Source: Octopus bimaculoides (lineage: Eukaryota). From it: DNA of 33,216 nucleotides. The position numbers and the translations under genes are program-made. Within the stretch, counting starts at the first letter, position 1, and every line of letters starts with the position of its first letter. The notes below the pieces were generated by a model that was not told the DNA's origin, did no database searches, and saw only the letters and a program-made list of their open reading frames with translations. Positions 1-12,480 of this stretch are shown here, piece by piece. The DNA lies in contig NC_068990.1 in the NCBI RefSeq assembly GCF_001194135.2, positions 13,611,034-13,644,249 of the forward strand. The letters are read 5' to 3'.

Positions 1-170
1 ATATATATGTATACATATATATGTATACACAAAGACACACACACACATATATATGTATATACATATATACATATGGGAGACATACATACATACATACAAA
101 CATAGAGAGACAACGAGAAGGGCGGAAAGAGAGAGATTTGCATATACGTAAGAATAAGAAAAGCAGTTAA

Positions 171-623
171 CTATGTAAAGCATCGTAAGTTAATTACGTT
201 GGTTAAATTATAATGAGAATATTTTAAATCATAAACGCGGTAAACTAGCGGAATCGCTAAGCACGCCCCGTAAAGTGCATAACGTTTTGAGTTCAAATTT
301 GGAGGCTCTGAAGTGATGGAAGATTTTAGCTTCTTAGATTCTGCTTTTTCTGATGGCATCGTTGATTTTGCAGGTTCTGATATCACAGGAGATTTTGACT
401 TTTCAAACTCTGCTTTTTCTGAGTTCATTGGAGACTTTGCAAGTTCTGAGGTGACAGATGATTTTCACTTTTCGGATTCTGCTTTTCTTGTGTGCAGGAG
501 AGATAGAGGTGATTTTGCAAGTTCTGACGTTAGAGGAGATTTTGAATTCTCAGATTCTGCTCTCTCCGGGAGCCCTGTGCACGTGTGTTTGAATGTAAAA
601 TGTATTGAATCATGATTTCTCTC
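171..623 (-). pseudogene. Coding-like segment with four 23-aa Ser/Glu/Lys/Pro repeats and a hydrophobic C-terminus, interrupted by one in-frame TGA (465-467)
   Basis: Manual translation extends ORF 171..428 upstream: ...PERAESENSKSPLTSELAKSPLSLLHTRKAESEK*KSSVTSELAKSPMNSEKAEFEKSKSPVISEPAKSTMPSEKAESKKLKSSITSEPPNLNSKRYALYGACLAIPLVYRVY... Repeat periods are 69, 69 and 78 nt, all multiples of 3. Family not recognised and coding strand not proven. Confidence 0.35.
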
Positions 624-961
624 TCAAATTGCGAGCACTTTCATGCACGTAGGCAGCATTTATGACAGGCTGCAGAACGCTTACTCAAACACAGCCAGAT
701 TTGTCAGCAATGCTCGAAATGAACCGATTCTCGTTTATTAAGCTGCTCACTTAAGAGACAGTGGCGTACTTTGTACCACAGAAATCCACTCAACTATATG
801 TATTCCCAGTAACATTGCCATGCGTATGTATGTATGTATGGAATTGGTGTGGTTGCGCACAACTTACCAGTGTTTTTTTCCATGAAAATCATAGTAATAA
901 TTGTGCACGAAGTATCTGGTAATTTAAAAAAAAATATAAATTATATGCTATGTAAAAAGTG

Positions 962-1110
962 ATGGCGCGCAGATCAGTGGTTAAGATGTTACACTCAAGA
1001 CGTGAAGGTCGTTGTTTCGATTCCTGTACCAGATGGTGGTTTGAGCTCTTGTACAAAGAAACACTTCGTTTTACGTTGCTTCGGTTCATTCAGCTGGAAA
1101 TGAGCTCCGC
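962..1110 (+). mobile_element. tRNA-derived SINE, 5' part with a Meta-domain-like core
   Basis: A-box-like ggcgcgcagatcagtggttaag and B-box-like gtttcgattcc, followed by cttgtacaaagaaacacttcgttttacgttgcttcggttcattcagctgg, which resembles conserved SINE central domains (from recall). Confidence 0.55.
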
Positions 1111-1364
1111 CAATAGATTGGAAGTTAATATGTGACACGTCTGGTGTCACGTACAGGGTGAAGTGTTGTAACCGCAGTCCCATTTACGCCATGGAAACCG
1201 AATTAAATATCAACCTTATGACATATAATGTTCGAGACAGATCTATTACCATACCTGTGTAATATGCATTGATTTCTATCTTTTATACACAATTATATTA
1301 TATATAGAGAAAAAGAAAGCATGGAAGTGAGTTATAAATGTATAATTATGCATACATAGTATAA

Positions 1365-1399
<35 letters not shown>

Positions 1400-1958
1400 G
1401 AGTCACTGAAGGGAAGAAACTTGGGCAACAAAATCGAAAATGCAGTGCATCACGAATGAAGTGTCTCCTGAGATATTTGTTCTGCATCTAATAACAACTA
1501 CTCCCGTCACACTCTTGAGAAACAAGGTAAAGTAGGGAATTGGCTTTATGGAAATATGTAAGCAATGAAACTGATTTGCACAATTTCTGATATGAAGTAA
1601 ACAATATTAAAGGAAAAAAAGAAATGCAGTTATGAAACCGTGTTGTTACAACATAAACATTTAATCATAAAATACTCTATTCTCTAACCAGCAATAATAC
1701 TCTCTATGTCATAGAGAAAAGCTGCATTCTGTTTGGAGACAGGCCAACTAAAGTGCTGCATATGTGACACATTGCTGAGATTGAAGGTTGAAGGGATTCC
1801 AGATTTGAAGTGTTGCCAGATATTGAAGCGGTCAACTTATATCATGACTTTCGTACTTCCTGCTAACTAAGAGCTAAATATATTTTGAAATGTATCCCGG
1901 TTTGTATATGCAGTGCATCGTGTGTTTGTGCGTGTGTATAATTATGCAGTCGTGTATG

Positions 1959-1963
<5 letters not shown>

Positions 1964-2052
<89 letters not shown>

Positions 2053-2072
2053 GACAGACAGACAGACCGACA
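1964..2072. repeat. Compound microsatellite (AT)n(AG)n(ACAG)n
   Basis: Directly visible. Confidence 0.95.
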
Positions 2073-2499
2073 GAGTAACAGACGGACCGACTCGGGGAAT
2101 TAGAGGATAAACAGGCAAATATTTAAAATTCAGAGTTGATTTGTTACAGGAGTAAAATTCCCATGGGATCGATAGAAGTTCAGTTATACGATAAGTCTGA
2201 ATTATTGGTATCATCGGATCTAAAGCTACATCGCAACTATAATCTTGACTGCCGATCATTTCCCGGGAAATGCCCTATCTACTTATCTATTACTGAAGCT
2301 GCTTGAGGCTATGTGCACACATTCTTTCCGTCCTCCTTTCTTATTCAGCTTTAGATTCTACCTACGGTAACAAGCTTTGCATACTACCAACAATTAGGAC
2401 TTAACGTATAACTGTTCCGTGAGAATACGAGAAAGTACCGTAATCATTTTGAGCATTCATCCACTGATTGTGTATCGACCTATTGTGATCTACAGCCTA

Positions 2500-2993
2500 G
2501 TACCCACTCAATCAATATGTATCTCTCTTAACTGTCATATGTCTCTTCTGAACCGAAATCGACTTGCAAACCTTTCATTCACTACACGCGTTAAATCATC
2601 TGGTGTGAAAAGAAGAACTTTGCATACAGTTGATATCTTGTAGGACGTCAGACGGTTGACATACACACCTTTGGAAATGGGTATATGGCTCCACTTTTTC
2701 CATCTCCAGCCCGTTACTTTCTCCCTGAGACTCTTGTGACAGCCCCTCTCAAGCCAGTGCTTTAGGATTTCGTGTCAATGGCAACCTACGTCAAAAATTA
2801 TAGAACCTTTCCGTATAAGCTTCAACTCAGCTCCTTCCAAATTTAGTTCCTCCCAGTTCTTTACATAGACCTGCGGTTCCTTCAATTTGTATTTTATGCA
2901 GTCTTTGTACCCTTTATTGCGGTTTCTCTTAAGGACGTTTCCCACGGCACAGTTGACCGTTGAACAACTGCTTTGGAATCCTGTTACCCTCGA
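2500..2993 (-). mobile_element. RTE-clade LINE, decayed 3' end of the ORF (RT C-terminus plus Zn-finger-like motif)
   Basis: Minus-strand translation EGNRIPKQLFNGQLCRGKRP*EKPQ*R/YKDCIKYKLK...WEEL...IRKGSIIFD matches the RTE motif RLPKQLLYGELxxGKRxxGRPKKRYKDxLK...WE.LA. Downstream CSE*KVCKSISVQKRHM resembles the C-terminal CxxC..KSxxGLxxH motif. Contains stops and a frameshift. Confidence 0.8.
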
Positions 2994-3151
2994 TACACAC
3001 ATTTCAGAAAATCTTTCTTCTTACATATCCACATATACACACATACATGCGCACTTAATACATGCATATATACCTACATACATATACACACATACACGCA
3101 TAGATGGACACACATATATATGTATATATATATATATCTATATCTATATAT

Positions 3152-3197
<46 letters not shown>

Positions 3198-3616
3198 NNN
3201 NNNNNNNNNNNNNNNNNNNNNNNNNNNNNNNNNNNNNNNNNNNNNNNNNNNNNNNNNNNNNNNNNNNNNNNNNNNNNNNNNNNNNNNNNNNNNNNNNNNN
3301 NNNNNNNNNNNNNNNNNNNNNNNNNNNNNNNNNNNNNNNNNNNNNNNNNNNNNNNNNNNNNNNNNNNNNNNNNNNNNNNNNNNNNNNNNNNNNNNNNNNN
3401 NNNNNNNNNNNNNNNNNNNNNNNNNNNNNNNNNNNNNNNNNNNNNNNNNNNNNNNNNNNNNNNNNNNNNNNNNNNNNNNNNNNNNNNNNNNNNNNNNNNN
3501 NNNNNNNNNNNNNNNNNNNNNNNNNNNNNNNNNNNNNNNNNNNNNNNNNNNNNNNNNNNNNNNNNNNNNNNNNNNNNNNNNNNNNNNNNNNNNNNNNNNN
3601 NNNNNNNNNNNNNNNN

Positions 3617-3676
<60 letters not shown>

Positions 3677-4819
3677 ATGTTTGTGTGTATTTGTTTACGT
3701 GTGCTTGTGTGCGTGTATGTATGTGTGTGTGCGCGCGTATATCACAACCATCTGGTCAAGTTTGCTCGAACAACATATATATATATGTGTGTACTATATA
3801 ATACTGCTGGGAAATACAGCGATGAATTTTTTTCTTTAAATCCGTTATTTTAAAAGCTGTTGTTACATAAGGCTAGAAATTTTAATGATGAAAACTATTG
3901 ATACAAATGGAATATATTAAGAAAATGAAACGGAAATAAAGACTACTGAGATATATATTTCTGTGTATTGAATATATATGCTTATAAAAATTCTGTATGT
4001 GCATGCTTTGTGTGCGTATGTATACATGTATAAATGCATAGTGTCTAACGGAGGCTTTCATTTGTTTGTATTATGTATAAGTTCTCAAGTCAACATGCGC
4101 AAATCAGAATGATTTATAATCTGTGCATTTAGCGCTTCGTCAATATATTTATTTTTCACACAGTTCTGCAGAGTCATGTTCAATATGTACGTTGAAGCAT
4201 TTATTTTTCAGTGCTGAATAACTGGAAAAAGTTTACCAATAATGGTCGAAATTGCTGCTTAAAGTTGTAAGATGTGTTATAGTAAACTACAATGGAACCA
4301 TTGTTAATAGAAGTAATAGAATGGATTTGTCATTCTGCTTTTCAATATATATATATGTATATATATATATGTATATNNNNNNNNNNNNNNNNNNNNNNNN
4401 NNNNNNNNNNNNNNNNNNNNNNNNNNNNNNNNNNNNNNNNNNNNNNNNNNNNNNNNNNNNNNNNNNNNNNNNNNNNNNNNNNNNNNNNNNNNNNNNNNNN
4501 NNNNNNNNNNNNNNNNNNNNNNNNNNNNNNNNNNNNNNNNNNNNNNNNNNNNNNNNNNNNNNNNNNNNNNNNNNNNNNNNNNNNNNNNNNNNNNNNNNNN
4601 NNNNNNNNNNNNNNNNNNNNNNNNNNNNNNNNNNNNNNNNNNNNNNNNNNNNNNNNNNNNNNNNNNNNNNNNNNNNNNNNNNNNNNNNNNNNNNNNNNNN
4701 NNNNNNNNNNNNNNNNNNNNNNNNNNNNNNNNNNNNNNNNNNNNNNNNNNNNNNNNNNNNNNNNNNNNNNNNNNNNNNNNNNNNNNNNNNNNNNNNNNNN
4801 NNNNTATATATATATATAC

Positions 4820-4854
<35 letters not shown>

Positions 4855-4889
4855 TACAATGTGAATTCTATAATCTCTGAGGTTTTCAG

Positions 4890-5530
4890 TCTTTTTCAGG
4901 AGTGACATTTATTAATTTAAAAACGTACAAAGCTTCAGCTTCCTTCGAAGAAGGATCTTCTGACTTCAATACACTTGTTTTTGAGCACGTGACGGCCCCA
5001 TTGAACTCCTCCAGAGTGAAGGTCTCAGGACACTTGTCACAACCAACTTCATCTTCCAAACGACTGATCTTGAGATTATGCTCCAACTAAAGGAACAAAG
5101 TCTGGACTGTATGGAGAAGGTGGGGGATTGCTTTGATGCCAGTTTCTGTCAAGTAATTGGTTACCACGACTCTGGTCACTATGCACCCTGGGAATAAATA
5201 TTTGCACAAATTCTTACTCATTTTGAGGTCTTCATGGATAAGATTGTGTATATTTGTCACCAACTCCAAACTGTGTTCATTGTCTTTATAGACATACGAC
5301 GGTTTCCATCCAGAAAATTGCGTATTTTCACAATCAGCTTAGATATCTTTACGTCCCTCTCTTTCCCACACATCTCATCTACTCACCCTCCTACTCAACC
5401 GTCCTTCAACTTCTTCTGCCAGCGAAGAAGCTGATACATAATGAGTTCGGAGTATTGCATAAGTTTCTGTAACATTTTACTACAGTAAATTCTATTCCGT
5501 AGCGAGCTTCCAAACATATGGACTGCATTC
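4890..5530 (-). mobile_element. Decayed, internally deleted mariner (Tc1/mariner) transposase
   Basis: Frameshifted motifs on the minus strand: LEARYGIEF (cf. LEQRYAIKF), IHNLIHEDLKMSK (cf. IHxILHEDLGMRKVCAKWVP), ccatacagtccagac = PYSPD (YSPDL motif), and ETFTLEEFNGA / KCIEV near the C-terminus. The central DDD region is largely missing and TIRs were not confidently seen. Confidence 0.8.
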
Positions 5531-7109
5531 TGCCAACAAGCCAACCGTGACAAAGTAGTTTGTTTGAATGGTGTGTTAAGAGCGCAAAAGAGCCGTCTCC
5601 TTCAATCTGGAATAACAATGCTGGTTGGTCAGCTTATTAGATATATAACTGTATAGTAATGATATAGAAAAATTACAATAATCCAGGAGAGCTATAACTG
5701 CCTTATCTAAAGTCTCAAGACATCTGAAATAGCTTAAACATGACACACGGAACTTGCACACAAAAGTAAAATATATATTTTCAAAATTTCTTGTTGTAAA
5801 TTATATAACTTACTCAAGAACCGAAAGTCTGGTGCGTTGCAATATCAATATATCAAATGCACGAAATTCTCAGCCTCTGAGTAAATTACTTTGCTTCACA
5901 ACTAAGTGTTTTATGCATGCTAATAAATGCGAATATCTGTGCCGTGTCTGTATAGCTTTTTGGCTTATAAACCCGAAGTCAGCGGGATCTACGCCCACAA
6001 ATGGTATATATTCGGAATAACGTCAATCCCAAATGTACTTGCGCAATTTTGATTTCATGGGCAGCGACGCAACATTGCTCTCTTTCTCTCTCTCTCCCTC
6101 TCTCTCCCCTTTTCTCTCACTCTTCTCATTTCCTCTCTCTCCCACACGCACATATAAATAAATATATATATNNNNNNNNNNNNNNNNNNNNNNNNNNNNN
6201 NNNNNNNNNNNNNNNNNNNNNNNNNNNNNNNNNNNNNNNNNNNNNNNNNNNNNNNNNNNNNNNNNNNNNNNNNNNNNNNNNNNNNNNNNNNNNNNNNNNN
6301 NNNNNNNNNNNNNNNNNNNNNNNNNNNNNNNNNNNNNNNNNNNATATGTAAGTATACACATATATATATACACACACAATACACATACCTAGACACAAAC
6401 ACACAGACACAGACACACACACACACACACACACCGATATACACATATATATAGGCAGTTATATGTCTGGTTCTCGTTGGTTAAAGCCGCTCACGTGATG
6501 TGATTAGTTGCTGGATGCGGTACACCACTGTACTCGAGCAAATATAATTTGCTGCCGGCAATGGAGTCCCTACTCATTGTCGTTAAAAAACAGTTACTAA
6601 GCGATTTTATTCTGATCCGTCTAAAACTTATGAATTCGAATTGCATTGCACTGGCAACTGAAAATTTCCCAAGCTGATCTCTGGCCTGTTTTGACAGTTG
6701 GACAATATTTTTAGATTCCAATGAAGAATTAGCATATACTTGAGGATGTGGAATTCATCAAAACTTCAAAAAACCGATAAGACCTCTGTTAAGTCACAAA
6801 ATGGTGTAGAGTTTTATTTATATGATATCTCCCAGTCCTGCTAGAGACCAATTATTCGACGAAATGCAGTTAGTTTATTATAAAATTATAACTATTTCAT
6901 AGATGTCGTAAAATTTTCGGATATGATAAAATAGTGCAGGCGAACATTCACGTTGTTCTTGATTTTTACCTATTGTCATATATTGTTTGCTGCGAAGACC
7001 AGGATGAAAGCATTTAAAGGGATTTACAAATTGTATGTTCTAGTATTTCGAGTCCATAGTTAAATTATAAATAAATCCAGACTATTAATAAATAGATTTT
7101 CAAAATTTT

Positions 7110-7212
7110 TTACAAGGCCAGCAATTTTTCAGAGAAGAAGCAAATCGATGAAATTGACCCAGTACTAGACTGGTGCTTATTTCATTGAATAGGTGCCAGC
7201 TCACCACCTTAT
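7110..7212 (-). mobile_element. SINE family B fragment (internally deleted)
   Basis: aaggccagcaatttt...atcgatgaaattgacccagtac...ctggtgcttatttcattga...tgccagctcaccacctt matches the copies at 9072, 15420 and 21659. Confidence 0.6.
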
Positions 7213-7289
7213 AAATCATTTATAAATATAATCACTGAATTTTACTTAACCGCTTTATTGATTACGTCCTTATATATCGGACGAAGGTG

Positions 7290-7975
7290 ATATGTGAAAG
7301 AGATGTGAAATTTCTGTAGTCTTTGATCTGAATATATGCATATACCAAAAGTGTTCGAAATTATTCTAGTATGATTTATTTTTAATATTCAGAATTCTTA
7401 TTATTGCACGATATACTTTACAATGAGGGATTTCGAGAGCAGTCAGTTAAACAGATTCCGACAATTACATTAATGATTGTATGATGGGTTTGAGGAGGTA
7501 TTCGTAGCATTTTATTAAGAGTGTGGCCTATGTTGAACACACAGGAGTACATTGCATTAATATTGAGTGGGGTGAAGTGCTTATGGAATTTCCATGTAGG
7601 TGTAAAATGTTTTGTTAGAGTTAGAATGAATATGGATTAGTTGCCGGTAGCTTCCAACTTTTGTTCTGGATATAGTAAACAACTTTCCTCCCTAGGTTCT
7701 ATTAAGATATGCGATTGGTTAAGTTTTATCATTATGAACTAGATCTTCACAGAAGTCACTCCTAGCTAGCATATCCGTTATAAGAGATGCTATTGAAGAT
7801 AACCGTATTCGAAAATGTATCCGAGATACATATTTCTTTCAACCAGAGATTCATAATTATGATTTGTGGGTGGTTGAAATGCTTGTGGATGTAAATTATT
7901 GCCATAATATTGTCTTCTGTAGAGGTAATGTTAAAACATTTATTTAATTTAGTACTATGTCTAAGGAGTTAATTA
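7290..7975 (-). mobile_element. Decayed Penelope-like element ORF (RT C-terminus to start of the GIY-YIG region)
   Basis: Minus-strand motifs in the expected order: NSLDIVLN (7947-7970; cf. NFLDITLN), YIHKHFNHPQ..ISDTFSNTVIFN (from 7893; cf. YIHKxSNHP..ISxxSSNxxIFN), YSCVFNIG (7526-7549; cf. YSCMPNI), CNCRN (7455-7469). Multiple stops and frameshifts. Confidence 0.75.
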
Positions 7976-8165
7976 TATTAGGGATTTGTGTTTAGCTCCA
8001 TGTCAATCAAGTTGCATCAGGCTTATAATCGAAGTGTAAATATAATAGCACATACACGCATATATGAATACATAAAAATACATTTAACACACACACAAAC
8101 ACAGACACACACACACTCACACACACAGACACACTCACTCACACATACACATACATATAAGTATA

Positions 8166-8202
<37 letters not shown>

Positions 8203-8479
8203 CGTCATTTGGTATATTTAACGAGTTTAATATCCAATAAAACTATCGTTTTTGAAGCATTAGTGTTATCTAAGGTACAATTGGCTGCTATACCTAGCAG
8301 TTCAACTAATTGCATAACGGCTCCTTGGATTTATTATTACTAAATGGTGATTGGAATGGAATTTTTCCAATGTTTAAAATTAATCTTAGCTTAATTAGAA
8401 AAGCAGGTATATTCCTGATAATTCTTGTAATTTCCCTATACTATAGAAATTCTGCTTTGTGTGTGTGTTTGTGTGTATG

Positions 8480-8670
<191 letters not shown>

Positions 8671-8946
8671 CACACATATATGATCCAGGCGTAGCCAAAC
8701 TGTCGGCTTTTAGCTTGCTTCTTTTATTAGAATTACAGATCTGAAGAATTCCCTCGAGGTTTCACGTTCTTTTAAAACTTTGTTACGTTAAGACAAAGAA
8801 AGAAAGAAAAACAAATCATACAAGAAAAGAGGAGAAAATTAAAATAAAGCGACAATAAAAATAACAAAAGAAATTTAATCTACAAAGAAAGATATGGCAA
8901 ATATTTCGGAAGATAAAAGTATCATCATCATAATAAACATCGTTTT

Positions 8947-8947
<1 letters not shown>

Positions 8948-8979
<32 letters not shown>

Positions 8980-8981
8980 GA

Positions 8982-9019
<38 letters not shown>

Positions 9020-9294
9020 TAATAATAATAATAATAATGATAATAATAATAATGATAATAATAATAATAATCTTTTCTACTCTATGCACAAGGCCCGAAA
9101 TTTTGGGGGAGGGATACCAATCGATGAGATCGATGCCCGTCCGCAACAGGTTCTTGATTTATCAACCCCGAAAGTATAATAGACGAAGTCGACCTCGACA
9201 GAGTTTGAACTCAGAACACGAAGACAGACGAAATACTGCAAGGCATTTCTCCCGGTGTGCTAACGTTTCTGTCTTCATAATAATAATAATAATA

Positions 9295-9331
<37 letters not shown>

Positions 9332-9560
9332 GGAGGAGGAGGAGGAGGAGGAGGAGGAGGAGGATAATAATAATCATAATAATAAGAAGAAGAAGAATAA
9401 CAATAATAATAATAACAACAACAATAACGAAAACAACAACAATAATACTAATAATTATAATAATGATGATGAAGATGATGATGATGATGATAGAATCACC
9501 ACACCAACCACCACCAGTTCCACCCCCGCAAACACCACCTACACCACTCTAACAATCACC
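8948..9560. repeat. Compound trinucleotide microsatellite (CTA, AAT, GAT, GAG, AAG, AAC, CCA) interrupted by a SINE
   Basis: Directly visible. Explains the poly-I/M/R ORFs at 8928, 9016 and 9162. Confidence 0.95.
9072..9275 (-). mobile_element. SINE family B (tRNA-like head, (ATT)n tail), head slightly truncated
   Basis: Reverse complement of the 21659-21879 copy: ttttctactctatgcacaaggcccgaaattttgggg...gaaagtataatagacgaagtcgacctcg...tttgaactcagaac...gcatttctcccggtgtgctaacgtttctg. Flanked by (AAT)n on both sides. Confidence 0.8.
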
Positions 9561-9916
9561 ACCATCATATCATCTATTTCTGCATCATGGTGTACGGTTT
9601 CTTTATCTTCTCCTTCTTGACCTCACTCATAATAGCTCAATCGGCAGACGACTCTCAATGCCATAAGTTTCTTAGAATACAAGCAACAACCTTTCATACA
9701 CTTTCACAGTCTCAGAAGGAAAGTATCGACCTGATATATTGCGTTATTGAATGCTCACAGCTATTGAACTTCTTCGACGCTTTTACTCCCACACTTAACA
9801 AAAATACAATTGTTTCTATCCGTTCACCAGTATCGTTTGACCGCTAGATGTAACACTTCACGTAATCATATATATATGATGACACACAAATTCGTGAAGC
9901 GTTCCATTTTTTCTGT

Positions 9917-10091
9917 GTGCGAGGGCGTGGCTATGTGGCTAGAAGTTTCCTTCCCAACGACATGGTTCCAAGTTCAATCGCATTATGTGACAACTTGAGA
10001 AGATGTCTTGCACTATAGCCTCGGGCCAAAGAAATCGTTGTGAGTACATTTGTTAGATAGAAACTGAAAGAAGAAAGCCTTCGTGTGTGTG

Positions 10092-10120
<29 letters not shown>
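9917..10120 (+). mobile_element. SINE family A, diverged 5' half
   Basis: gtggctatgtggctagaag...catggttccaagttcaatc...ctatagcctcgggcc...gaaactgaaagaag aligns with the 18593 copy. Confidence 0.75.
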
Positions 10121-10127
<7 letters not shown>

Positions 10128-10761
10128 NNNNNNNNNNTATATATATATATATTTATATGTGCATGTGTGTGTGTGTGCTTATATCGTTGCTATTATGCTA
10201 AATGTCCAGTTAGCCAAATGCAGTATATATTATGCTAACACCAGTCTTTGATTATTTTGCTTATATATGTAGTTCATTTTGCGTAGTAAATTGCCTATTG
10301 TTGCAACAGGGACGTAGTGTTGTAAATTACTGGACTTCAGATTTCCACAGGATTTCGACCTATCATCTAAAATTGTCGCGTCGCCATTGTGCAGATTTCA
10401 TTTTGCGGGTTTTCTTAAGAACAAATATTCCTAGGCAGGTATTCTTTGAATGTATAATGTTGGTATCATACGGCTTCCTTTCCCACCACAAGTAAAATAT
10501 AACGTTACACTCTCTGTCCAATGTCCAGAAGTTAAGCGCAAATACAAATTATTTATACTCCACTATACTCCGCTTCTTCATTACCTCACGTCTGGCTAAA
10601 TGACTGTTTGCTTTTAATATAGATGATGAAATATTCGCAGATCAGATTTTATGTGTGTCAACACAATCACTATCGAGATGATAGAAACGCAAAGAATAAA
10701 GGTATGTCAATATATTCAATATATGCGGTATATCTGTTGTTAAATGATGCAAATATATGTA

Positions 10762-10802
<41 letters not shown>

Positions 10803-12305
10803 NNNNNNNNNNNNNNNNNNNNNNNNNNNNNNNNNNNNNNNNNNNNNNNNNNNNNNNNNNNNNNNNNNNNNNNNNNNNNNNNNNNNNNNNNNNNNNNNNN
10901 NNNNNNNNNNNNNNNNNNNNNNNNNNNNNNNNNNNNNNNNNNNNNNNNNNNNNNNNNNNNNNNNNNNNNNNNNNNNNNNNNNNNNNNNNNNNNNNNNNNN
11001 NNNNNNNNNNNNNNNNNNNNNNNNNNNNNNNNNNNNNNNNNNNNNNNNNNNNNNNNNNNNNNNNNNNNNNNNNNNNNNNNNNNNNNNNNNNNNNNNNNNN
11101 NNNNNNNNNNNNNNNNNNNNNNNNNNNNNNNNNNNNNNNNNNNNNNNNNNNNNNNNNNNNNNNNNNNNNNNNNNNNNNNNNNNNNNNNNNNNNNNNNNNN
11201 NNNNNNNNNNNNNNNNNNNNNNNNNNNNNNNNNNNNNNNNNNNNNNNNNNNNNNNNNNNNNNNNNNNNNNNNNNNNNNNNNNNNNNNNNNNNNNNNNNNN
11301 NNNNNNNNNNNNNNNNNNNNNNNNNNNNNNNNNNNNNNNNNNNNNNNNNNNNNNNNNNNNNNNNNNNNNNNNNNNNNNNNNNNNNNNNNNNNNNNNNNNN
11401 NNNNNNNNNNNNNNNNNNNNNNNNNNNNNNNNNNNNNNNNNNNNNNNNNNNNNNNNNNNNNNNNNNNNNNNNNNNNNNNNNNNNNNNNNNNNNNNNNNNN
11501 NNNNNNNNNNNNNNNNNNNNNNNNNNNNNNNNNNNNNNNNNNNNNNNNNNNNNNNNNNNNNNNNNNNNNNNNNNNNNNNNNNNNNNNNNNNNNNNNNNNN
11601 NNNNNNNNATATATACACCTACATATACACACATACATGTATGTATATATGCATGATTAAAATGCACAGCACAAACATTGCGAAAGTTATTTCTTCAGAA
11701 GCTAATCAATTAAATAAATGCAAAATTGTGTCAGAAAAACTTCATATGCAATAATAAATGCCAAGAAAATATAATAGACACAGTATGTCATTCAAAGAAA
11801 GTAGCGATGTTAGTATTGTAAATGAATGAACAAAGTTGTCAAAAATAATACTAAAGGTGAATTGACTGATTAATTTATGATAGCCTAAGGAACATAAAAT
11901 CAAGTGAAATGGATTTTATATAGAGCCCAATAGAAAGGAAACGAAAACAAAAGCTTCAGAGATAAAATATTGACAGAACGATAAAATATATACAGAAGTA
12001 CAAACGCATAGAGACATACTCACATAGAAACAAGTAATGTAAAATTATTAATGTATACCCACATACACCCACGTATCCACAGCGTATGTTCATATATATA
12101 TATATGCACATAGGAGTGTAGAGGGATAGAAATAGAAGAGTGTTTTATATATATAGTTATTTGTTTAGCTGCTGAGAAGCATAAAACCTGCAAACAGGCA
12201 TAGAGCATTCACCAGCAAACAGGCAGAGAACATTCAATAAATCACTATACAGTAAAACTAAACGTAACTTTTCTCGTATTTTGTAGACTCTAATAACTAA
12301 TGTTG

Positions 12306-12480
12306 ACGTATGGCTGCGTAGTTAAGAAGATCGCTTTACAACGATGTAGCTTAGAGTGCAATCCTACTGTGTGACACCTTGAGTGGGTGACTTCTACTAT
12401 AGCTTCAGGACGACCAATGCCTTTTGAATGAATGTGGTAAATGGAAAACGTGTGCAAGCCCTTCGTGTATATGTGTATGG
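12306..12480 (+). mobile_element. SINE family A, old diverged 5' half
   Basis: tggctgcgtagttaagaag...gacaccttgagtgggtgacttctactatagcttcaggacgaccaatgcc aligns with the 16659 and 18593 copies. Confidence 0.65.

Noticed and set aside
4212-4266. AG/GT-bounded open segment xLNNWKKFTNNGRNCCLK
   Set aside because: Plausible splice sites but no recognisable homology. Such segments arise by chance in 33 kb.
4855-5760. Possible TIRs for the mariner remnant
   Set aside because: The ends show only patchy reverse-complement similarity, which is not supportable.
7790-7840. ttgaaga...tcgaaa followed by hairpin atgtatc/gatacat, resembling an HHR
   Set aside because: No stem II pairing, and the region is explained as the antisense of the PLE ORF.
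10310-10438. 129-nt AG/GT-bounded open frame GRSVVNYWTSDFHR...
   Set aside because: Weak polypyrimidine tract and no recognisable protein motif.
12185-12237. Short tandem duplication gcaaacaggcatagagcattca (similar one at 15624-15672)
   Set aside because: Two-unit local slippage duplications with no spacer structure, not CRISPR-like.
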